Shown here in pieces: positions 1 to 10,700 of a DNA stretch of 64,000 nucleotides; the stretch's first letter is position 1, and the number at the start of each line of letters is the position of its first letter. Under the pieces are notes generated by a model that was not told where the DNA came from, searched no databases, and was given only the letters and a program-made list of their open reading frames with translations. This stretch comes from Eledone cirrhosa. Its lineage: Eukaryota. The stretch covers positions 22,506,001 through 22,570,000 of the forward strand of contig OZ024744.1 in NCBI GenBank assembly GCA_964016885.1. Direction: 5' to 3'. Made by a program: the position numbers and the translations under genes.

Positions 1-47
1 TGGTCAGTTAGGTTGACATAGATAACATAGGTGGGATGTTGTCGTCG
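1..47 (+). repeat. Representative 47-bp G-type monomer (AGGTGGG at the variable site)
   Basis: tggtcagttaggttgacatagataacataggtgggatgttgtcgtcg; the next unit starts at 48. This copy ends in the GTCGTCG variant of the usual GTCGTGG. Confidence 0.97.
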
Positions 48-95
48 TGGTCAGTTAGGTTGACATATATAACATAGAGTGAGATGTTGTCGTGG
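48..95 (+). repeat. Representative 48-bp A-type monomer (AGAGTGAG at the variable site)
   Basis: tggtcagttaggttgacatatataacatagagtgagatgttgtcgtgg; one base longer than the G-type. Confidence 0.97.
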
Positions 96-1449
96 TGGTC
101 AGTTAGGTTGACATAGATATCATTGGTGGGATGTTGTCGCGGTGGTCAGTTAGGTTGACATAGATAACATAGAGTGAGATGTTGTCGTGGTGGTCAGTTA
201 GGTTGACATAGATAACATAGGTGGGATGTTGTCGTCGTGGTCAGTTAGGTTGACATATATAACATAGGTGGGATGTTGTCGTGGTCAGTTAGGTTGACAT
301 AGATAACATAGGTGTATGTTGTCGTGGTGGTCAGTTAGGTTGACATAGATAACATAGGTGGGATGTTGTCGTGGTGGTCAGTTAGGTTGACGTAGATAAC
401 ATAGGTGGGATGTTGTCGTCGTGGTCAGTTAGGTTGACATATATAACATAGAGTGAGATGTTGTCGTGGTGGTCAGTTAGGTTGACATATATATCATAGG
501 TGGGATGTTGTCGCGGTGGTCAGTTAGGTTGACATAGATAACATTAAGTGAGATGTTGTCGTGGTGGTCAGTTAGGTTGACATAGATAACATAGGTGGGA
601 TGTTGTCGTGGTGGTCAGCTAGGTTGACATAGATAACATAGGTGGGATGTTGTCGTGGTGGTCAGTTAGGTTGACATAGATAACATAGGTGGGATGTTGT
701 CGTGGTGGTCAGTTAGGTTGACATAGATAACATAGGTGGGATGTTGTCGTGGTGGTCAGTTAGGTTGACATAGATAACATAGAGTGGGATGTTTTCGTCG
801 TGGTCAGTTAGGTTGACATAGATAACATAGGTGGGATGTTGTCGTGGTCATTTAGGTTGACTTAGATAGCATAGAGTGAGATGTTTTCGTGGTGGTCAGT
901 TAGGTTGATATAGATAACATAGAGTGAGATGTTGTCGTGGTGGTCAGTTTGGTTGACATAGATAACATAGAGCGGGATGTTGTCCTGGTGGTCAGTTAGG
1001 TTGACATAGATAACATAGGTGGGATGTTGTCGTCGTGGTCAGTTAGGTTGACATAGATAACATAGAGTGAGATGTAGTCGTGATGGTCAGTTAGGTTGAC
1101 ATAGATAACATAGGTGGGATGTTGTCGTGGTGATCAGTTAGGTTGACATAGATAACATAGAGTGGGATGTTGTGGTGGTGGTCAGCTAGGTTGACATAGA
1201 TAACATAGGTGGGATGTTGTCGTGGTCAGTTAGGTTGACATAGATAACATAGGTGTATGTTGTCTTGGTGGTCAGTTAGGTTGACATAGATAACATAGGT
1301 GGGATGTTGTCGTGGTGGTCAGTTAGGTTGACGTAGATAACATAGGTGGGGTGTTGTCGTGGTGGTCAGTTAGGTTGACATAGATAACATACAGTGAGAT
1401 GTTGTCGTGGCGGATAGTTAGGTTGACATAGATAAAATAGGTGGGATGT

Positions 1450-2030
1450 TGTCGTGGTGGTCAGTTAGGTTGACATTGATAACATAGGTGGGATGTTGTC
1501 GTGGTCAGTTAGCTTGACATAGATAACATAGAGTGAGATGTTGTCGTGGTGGTCAGTTATGTTGACATAGATAACACAGAGTGAGATGTTGTCGTGGTGT
1601 TCAGTTAGGTTGACATAGATAACATAGAGTGAGATGTTGTCGTGGTGGTCAGTTAGGTTGACATAGATAACATAGAGTGGGATGTTGTCGTGGTGGTCAG
1701 TTAGGTTGACATAGATAACATAGGTGGGATGTTGTCGTCGTGGTCAGTTAGGTTGACATTGATAACATAGGTGGGATGTTGTCGTGGTCAGTTAGCTTGA
1801 CATAGATAACATAGAGTGAGATGTTGTCGTGGTGGTCAGTTATGTTGACATAGATAACACAGAGTGAGATGTTGTCGTGGTGTTCAGTTAGGTTGACATA
1901 GATAACATAGAGTGAGATGTTGTCGTGGTGGTCAGTTAGGTTGACATAGATAACATAGAGTGGGATGTTGTCGTGGTGGTCAGTTAGGTTGACATAGATA
2001 ACATAGGTGGGATGTTGTCGTCGTGGTCAG
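1450..2030. repeat. Local 283-bp (6-monomer) tandem duplication
   Basis: The variant string GACATTGAT / GCTTGAC / GTTATGTT / AACACAG / GTGTTC occurs twice, with TGACATT at 1471 and 1754. The offset of 283 equals 44+48+48+48+48+47. Confidence 0.85.
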
Positions 2031-2289
2031 TTAGGTTGACATATATAACATAGAGTGAGATGTTGTCGTGGTGGTCAGTTAGGTTGACATAGATATCATA
2101 GGTGGGATGTTGTCGCGGTGGTCAGTTAGGTTGACATAGATAACATAGAGTGAGATGTTGTCGTGGTGGTCAGTTAGTTTGACATAGATAACATAGGTGG
2201 GATGTTGTCGTCGTGGTCAGTTAGGTTGACATAGATAACATAGGTGGGATGTTGTCGTGGTGGTCAGTTAGGTTGACATAGATAACATA

Positions 2290-4700
2290 GGTGGGATGTT
2301 GTCGTGGTCATTTAGGTTGACTTAGATAACATAGAGTGAGATGTAGTCGTGGTGGTCAGTTAGGTTGATATAGATAACATATAGTGAGATGTTGTCGTGG
2401 TGTTCAGTTAGGTTTACATAGATAACAATGAGTGAGATGTTGTCGTGGTGGTCAGTTAGGTTGACATAGATAAAATAGAGTGGGATGTTGTCGTGGTGGT
2501 CAGTTAGGTTGACATAGATAACATAGGTTGGATGTTGTCGTCGTGGTCAATTAGGTTGACATATATATAACATAAAGTGAAATGTTGTCGTGGTGGTCAG
2601 TTAGGTTGACATAGATATCATAGGTGGGATGTTGTCGTGGTGGTCAGTTAGGTTGACAGAGATAACATAGAGTGAGATGTTGTCGTGGTGGTGAGTTAGG
2701 TTGACATAGTTAACATAGGTGGGATGTTGTCGTGGTGGTCAGTTAGGTTGACATAGATAACATAGAGTGAGATGTTGTCGTGGCGGTTAGTTAGGTTGAC
2801 ATAGATAACATAGGTGGGATGTTGTCGTGGTGGTCAGTTAGGTTGATGTAGATAACATAGAGTGAGATGTTGTCGTGGTCAGTTAGGTTGACATAGATAA
2901 CATAAGTGGGATGTTGTCGTGGTGGTCAGTTAGGTTGACATAGATAACATAGATAACATAGGTGGGATGTTGTCGTGGTGGTCAGTTAGGTTGACATAGA
3001 TAACACAGAGTGAGATGTTGTCGTGGTGTTCAGTTAGGTTGACATAGATAACATAGAGTGAGATGTTGTCGTGGTGGTCAGTTAGGTTGACATAGATAAC
3101 ATAGAGTGGGATGTTGTGGTGGTGGTCAGTTAGGTTGACATAGATAACATAGGTGGGATGTTGTCGTCGTGGTCAGTTAGGTTGACATATATAACATAGA
3201 GTGAGATGTTGTCGTGCTGGTCAGTTAGGTTGACATATATATCATAGGTGGGATGTTGTCGCGGTGGTCAGTTAGGTTCACATAGATAACATAGAGTGAG
3301 ATGTTGTCGTGGTGGTCAGTTAGGTTGACATAGATAACATAGGTGGGATGTTGTCGTCGTGGTCAGTTAGGGTGACATATATAACATAGGTGGGATGTTG
3401 TCGTGGTCAGTTAGGTTGACATAGATAACATAGGTGTATGTTGTCGTGGTGGTCAGTTAGGTTGACATAGATAACATAGGTGGGATGTTGTCGTGGTGGT
3501 CAGTTAGGTTGACGTAGATAACATAGGTGGGATGTTGTCATCGTGGTCAGTTAGGTTGACATATATAACATAGAGTGAGTTGTTGTCGTGGTGGTCAGTT
3601 AGGTTGACATATATATCATAGGTGGGATGTTGTCGCGGTGGTCAGTTAGGTTGACATAGATAACATAGAGTGAGATGTTGTCGTGGTGGTCAGTTAGGTT
3701 GACATAGATAACATAGCTGGGATGTTGTCGTGCTGGTCAGCTAGGTTGACATAGATAACATAGGTGGGATGTTGTCGTGGTGGTCAGTTAGGTTGACATA
3801 GATAACATAGGTGAGATGTTTTCGTGGTGGTCAGTTAGGTTGATATAGATAACATAGAGTGAGATGTTGTCGTGGTGGTCAGTTAGGTTGACATAGATAA
3901 CATAGAGCGGGATGTTGTCCTGGTGGTCAGTTAGGTTGACATAGATAACATAGGTGGGATGTTGTCGTCGTGGTCAGTTAGGTTGACATAGATAACATAG
4001 GTGGTATGTTGTCGTGGTCATTTAGGTTGACTTAGATAACATAGAGTGAGATGTTGTCGTGGTGGTCAGTTAGGTTGATATAGATAACATATAGTGAGAT
4101 GTTGTCGTGGTGTTCAGTTAGGTTTACATAGATAACAATGAGTGAGATGTTGTCGTGGTGGTCAGTTAGGTTGACATAGATAACATAGAGTGGGATGTTG
4201 TCGTGGTGGTCAGTTAGGTTGACATAGATAACATAGGTTGGATGTTGTCGTCGTGGTCAATTAGGTTGACATATATATAACATAAAGTGAAATGTTGTCG
4301 TGGTGGTCAGTTAGGTTGACATAGATATCATAGGTGGGATGTTGTCGTGGTGGTCAGTTAGGTTGACATAGATAACATAGAGTGAGATGTTGTCGTGGTG
4401 GTGAGTTAGGTTGACATAGTTAACATAGGTGGGATGTTGTCGTGGTGGTCAGTTAGGTTGACATAGATAACATAGAGTGAGATGTTGTCGTGGCGGTTAG
4501 TTAGGTTGACATAGATAACATAGGTGGGATGTTGTCGTGGTGGTCAGTTAGGTTGACGTAGATAACATAGAGTGAGATGTTGTCGTGGTGGTCAGTTAGG
4601 TTGACATAGATAACATAGGTGGGATGTTGTCGTGGTGGTCAGTTAGGTTGACATAGATAACATAGATAACATAGGTGGGATGTTGTCGTGGTGGTCAGTT
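2290..4700. repeat. Dispersed higher-order duplicate pair: ~2290-2990 and ~4010-4700 (offset about 1,720)
   Basis: Rare variants AACAATGAG, GGTCAATTAGG, GACATATATATAACATAAAGTGAAATG (2551 and 4271), GGTGAGTTAGG, ATAGTTAAC and the 9-bp CATAGATAA duplication occur in the same order in both copies. Confidence 0.85.
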
Positions 4701-7700
4701 AGGTTGACATAGATAACATAGGTGGGGTGTTGTCGTGGTGGTCAGTTAGGTTGACATAGATAACATAGAGTGAGATGTTGTCGTGGCGGTTAGTTAGGTT
4801 GACATAGATAAAATAGTTGGGATGTTGTCGTGGTGGTCATTTAGGTTGACATTGATAACATAGGTGGGATGTTGTCGTGGTCAGTTAGCTTGACATAGAT
4901 AACATAGAGTGAGATGTTGTCGTGGTGGTCAGTTAGGTTGACATAGATAACACAGAGTGAGATGTTGTCGTGGTGTTCAGTTAGGTTGACATAGATAACA
5001 TAGAGTGAGATGTTGTCGTGGTGGTCAGTTAGGTTGACATAGATAACATAGAGTGGGATGATGTGGTGGTGGTCAGTTAGGTTGACATAGATAACATAGG
5101 TGGGATGTTGTCGTCGTGGTCAGTTAGGTTGACATAGATAACATAGAGTGGGATGTAGTCGTGGTGGTCAGTTAGGTTGACATGAGTTAACATAGTTGGG
5201 ATGTTGTCGTGGTCAGTTAGGTTGACTTAGATAACATAGAGTGAGATGTTGTCGTGGTGGTCAGTCAGGTTGATATAGATAACATAGAGTGAGATGTTGT
5301 GGTGGTTTTCAGTTAGGTTTACATAGATAACATAGAGTGAGATGTTGTCGTGGTGGTCAGTTAGGTTGACATATATATCATAGGTGGTATGTTGTCGCGG
5401 TGGTCAGTTTGGTTGACATAGATAACATAGAGTGAGATGTTGTCGTGGTGGTCAGTTAGGTTGACATAGATAACATAGGTGGGATGTTGTCGTCGTGGTC
5501 AGTTAGGTTGACATATATAACATAGGTGAGATGTTGTCGTGGTCAGTTAGGTTGACATAGATAACATAGGTGTATGTTGTCGTGGTGGTCAGTTAGGTTG
5601 ACATAGATATCATAGGTGGGATGTTGTCGTGGTGGTCAGTTAGGTTCACGTAGATAACATAGGTGGGATGTTGTCGTCGTGGTCAGTTAGGTTGACATAT
5701 ATAACATAGAGTGAGATGTTGTCGTGGTGGTCAGTTAGGTTGACATATATATCATAGGTGGGATGTTGTCGCGGTGGTCAGTTAGGTTGACATAGATAAC
5801 ATAGAGTGAGATGTTGTCGTGGTGGTCAGTTAGGTTGACATAGATAACATAGGTGGGATGTTGTCGTGGTGGTCAGCTAGGTTGACATAGATAACATAGG
5901 TGGGATGTTGTCGTGGTGGTCAGTTAGGTTGACATAGATAACATAGGTGGGATGTTGTCGTGGTGGTCAGTTAGGTTGACATATATAACATAGGTGGGAT
6001 GTTGTCGTGGTGGTCAGTTAGGTTGACATAGATAACATAGAGTGGGATGTTTTCGTCGTGGTCAGTTAGGTTGACATAGATAACATAGGTGGGATGTTGT
6101 CGTGGTCATTTAGGTTGACTTAGATAACATAGAGTGAGATGTTTTCGTGGTGGTCAGTTAGGTTGATATAGATAACATAGAGTGAGATGTTGTCGTGGTG
6201 GTCAGTTAGGTTGACATAGATAACATAGAGCGGGATGTTGTCCTGGTGGTCAGTTAGGTTGACATAGATAACATAGGTGGGATGTTGTCGTCGTGGTCAG
6301 TTAGGTTGACATAGATAACATAGAGTGAGATGTTGTCGTGATGGTCAGTTAGGTTGACATAGATAACATAGGTGGGATGTTGTTGTGGTGATCAGTTAGG
6401 TTGACATATATAACATAGGTGGGATGTTGTCGTGGTCAGTTAGGTTGACATAGATAACATAGGTGTATGTTGTCTTGGTGGTCAGTTAGGTTGACATAGA
6501 TAACATAGGTGGGATGTTGTCGTGGTGTTCAGTTAGGTTGACGTAGATAACATAGAGTGAGATGTTGTCGTGGTGGTCAGTTAGGTTGACATAGATAACA
6601 TAGGTGTATGTTGTCTTGGTGGTCAGTTAGGTTGACATAGATAACATAGGTGGGATGTTGTCGTGGTGGTCAGTTAGGTTGACAAAGATAACATAGGTGG
6701 GGTGTTGTCGTGGTGGTCAGTTAGGTTGACTTAGATAACATACAGTGAGATGTTGTCGTGGCGGATAGTTAGGTTGACATAGATAAAATAGGTGGGATGT
6801 TGTCGTGGTGGTCAGTTAGGTTGACATTGATAACACAGGTGGGATGTTGTCGTGGTCAGTTAGCTTGACATAGATAACATGGAGTGAGATGTTGTCGTGG
6901 TGGTCAGTTAGGTTGACATAGATAACAAAGAGTGATATGTTGTCGTGGTGTTCAGTTAGGTTGACATAGATAACATAGAGTGAGATGTTGTCGTGGTGGT
7001 CAGTTAGGTTGACATAGATAACATAGAGTGGGATGTTGTCGTGGTGGTCAGTTAGGTTGACATAGATAACATACGTGGGATGTTGTCGTCGTGGTCAGTT
7101 AGGTTGACATATATAACATAGAGTGAGATGTTGTCGTGGTGGTCAATTAGGTTGACATAGATATCATAGGTGGGATGTTGTCGCGGTGGTCAGTTAGGTT
7201 GACATAGATAACATAGAGTGAGATGTTGTCGTGGGTGGTCAGTTAGGTTGACATAGATAACATAGGTGGGATGTTGTCGTGGTGGTCAGTTAGGTTGACA
7301 TAGATAACAGGTGGGAGGTTGTCGTGGTGGTCAGTTAGGTTGACATAGATCACATAGTGTGGGATCTTTTCGTCGTGGTCAGTTAGGTTGACATAGATAA
7401 CATAGGTGGGATGTTGTCGTGGTGGTCAGTTAGGTTGACATAGATAACATAGAGTGGGATGTTTTCGTCGTGGTCAGTTAGGTTGACATAGATAACATAG
7501 GTGGGATGTTGTCGTGGTCATTTAGGTTGACTTAGATAACATAGAGTGAGATGTTTTCGTGGTGGTCAGTTAGGTTGATATAGATAACATAGAGTGAGAT
7601 GTTGTCGTGGTGGTCAGTTAGGTTGACATAGATAACATAGAGCGGGATGTTGTCCTGGTGGTCAGTTAGGTTGACATAGATAACATAGGTGGGATGTTGT

Positions 7701-10700
7701 CGTGGTGGTCAGTTAGGTTGACAAAGATAACATAGGTGGGGTGTTGTCGTGGTGGTCAGTTAGGTTGACATAGATAACATAGGTGGGATGTTGTCGTGGT
7801 GGTCAGTTAGGTTGACGTAGATAACATAGAGTGAGATGTTGTCGTGGTGGTCAGTTAGGTTGACATAGATAACATAGGTGGGATGTTGTCGTGGTGGTCA
7901 GTTAGGTTGACATAGATAACATAGATAACATAGGTGGGATGTTGTCGTGGTGGTCAGTTAGGTTGACATAGATAACATAGGTGGGGTTTTGTCGTGGTGG
8001 TCAGTTAGGTTAACATAGATAACATAGAGTGAGATGTTGTCGTGGCGGTTAGTTAGGTTGACATAGATAAAATAGGTGGGATGTTGTCGTGGTGGTCATT
8101 TAGGTTGACATTGATAACATAGGTGGGATGTTGTCGTGGTCAGTTAGCTTGACATAGATAACATAGAGTGAGATGTTGTCGTGGTGGTCAGTTAGGTTGA
8201 CATAGATAACACAGAGTGAGATGTTGTCGTGGTGTTCAGTTAGGTTGACATAGATAACATAGAGTGAGATGTTGTCGTGGTGGTCAGTTAGGTTGACATA
8301 GATAACATAGAGTGGGATGTTGTGGTGGTGGTCAGTTAGGTTGACATAGATAACATAGGTGGGATATTGTCGTCGTGGTCAGTTAGGTTGACATATATAA
8401 CATAGAGTGAGATGTTGTCGTGGTGGTCAGTTAGGTTGACATAGATAACATAGGTGGGATGTTGTCGCGGTGGTCAGTTAGGTTGACATAGATAACATAG
8501 AGTGAGATGTTGTCGTGGTGGTCAGTTAGGTTGACATAGATAACATAGGTGGGATGTTGTCGTCGTGGTCAGTTAGGTTGACATATATAACATAGGTGGG
8601 ATGTTGTCGTGGTCAGTTAGGGTGACATAGATAACATAGGTGTATGTTGTCGTGGTGGTCAGTTAGGTTGACATAGATAACATAGGTGGGATGTTGTCGT
8701 GGTGGTCAGTTAGGTTGACGTAGATAACATAGGTGGGATGTTGTCGTCGTGGTCAGTTAGGTTGACATATATAACATAGAGTGAGATGTTGTCGTGGTGG
8801 TCAGTTAGGTTGACATATATATCATAGGTGGGATGTTGTCGCGGTGGTCAGTTAGGTTGACATAGATAACATAGAGTGAGATGTTTTCGTGGTGGTCAGT
8901 TAGGTTGACATAGATAACATAGGTGGGATGTTGTCGTGGTGGTCAGCTAGGTTGACATAGATAACATAGGTGGGATGTTGTCGTGGTCAGTTAGGTTGAC
9001 ATAGATAACATAGGTGGGATGTTGTCGTGGTGGTCAGTTAGGTTGACATAGATAACATAGAGTGAGATGTTGTCGTGGTGTTCAGTTAGGTTGACATAGA
9101 TAACATAGAGTGAGATGTTGTCGTGGTGGTCAGTTAGGTTGACATAGATAACATAGGTGGGATGTTGTCGTCGTGGTCAGTTAGGTTGACATATATAACA
9201 TAGAGTGAGATGTTGTCGTGGTGGTCAGTTAGGTTGACATAGATATCATAGGTGGGATGTTGTCGCGGTGGTCAGTTAGGTTGACATAGATAACATAGAG
9301 TGAGATGTTGTCGTGGTGGTCAGTTAGGTTGACATAGATAACAGGTGGGAGGTTGTCGTGGTGGTCAGTTAGGTTGACATAGATAACATAGTGTGGGATG
9401 TTTTCGTCGTGGTCAGTTAGGTTGACATAGATAACATAGGTGGGATGTTGTCGTGGTGGTCAGTTAGGTTGACATAGATAACATAGAGTGGGATGTTTTC
9501 GTCGTGGTCAGTTAGGTTGACATAGATAACATAGAGTGATATGTTGTCGTGGTGGTCAGTTAGGTTGACATAGATAACATAGGTGGGATGTTGTCGTGGT
9601 CATTTAGGTTGACTTAGATAACATAGAGTGAGATGTTTTCGTGGTGGTCAGTTAGGTTGATATAGATAACATAGAGTGAGATGTTGTCGTGGTGGTCAGT
9701 TAGGTTGACATAGATAACATAGAGCGGGATGTTGTCCTGGTGGTCAGTTAGGTTGACATAGATAACATAGGTGGGATGTTGTCGTCGTGGTCAGTTAGGT
9801 TGACATAGATAACATAGAGTGAGATGTTGTCGTGATGGTCAGTTAGGTTGACATAGATAACATAGGTGGGATGTTGTCGTGGTGATCAGTTAGGTTGACA
9901 TATATAACATAGGTGGGATGTTGTCGTGGTCAGTTAGGTTGACATATATAACATAGAGTGAGATGTTGTCGTGGTGGTCAGTTAGGTTGACATAGATAAC
10001 ATAGGTGTATGTTGTCTTGGTGGTCAGTTAGGTTGACATAGATAACATAGGTGGGATGTTGTCGTCGTGGTCAGTTAGGTTGACATAGATAACATAGAGT
10101 GAGATGTTGTCGTGATGGTCAGTTAGGTTGACATAGATAACATAGGTGTATGTTGTCTTGGTGGTCAGTTAGGTTGACATAGATAACATAGGTGGGATGT
10201 TGTCGTGGTGGTCAGTTAGGTTGACGTATATAACATAGAGTGAGATGTTGTCGTGGTGGTCAGTTAGGTTGACAAAGATAACATAGGTGGGGTGTTGTCG
10301 TGGTGGTCAGTTAGGTTGACATAGATAACATACAGTGAGATGTTGTCGTGGCGGATAGTTAGGTTGACATAGATAAAATAGGTGGGATGTTGTCGTGGTG
10401 GTCAGTTAGGTTGACATTGATAACATAGGTGGGATGTTGTCGTGGTCAGTTAGCTTGACATAGATAACATAGAGTGAGATATTGTCGTGGTGGTCAGTTA
10501 GGTTGACATAGATAACACAGAGTGAGATGTTGTCGTGGTGTTCAGTTAGGTTGACATAGATAACATAGAGTGAGATGTTGTCTTGGTGTTCAGTTAGGTT
10601 GACATAGATAACATAGAGTGGGATGTTGTCGTGGTGGTCAGTTAGGTTGACATAGATAACATAGGTGGGATGTTGTCGTCGTGGTCAGTTAGGTTGACAT

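Noticed and set aside
13-45. TTGACA (sigma70 -35 consensus) in almost every monomer
   Set aside because: There is no good -10 box at 16-18 bp (GATGTT/ATGTTG; at best TATGTT in rare variants), and nothing downstream to transcribe. It is part of the GTTGAC (HincII) dyad arm and probably coincidental.
29-60. G-quadruplex-forming array
   Set aside because: Each monomer has at most one GGG and otherwise GG pairs. Only weak two-tier structures are conceivable, and these are not supportable from sequence alone.
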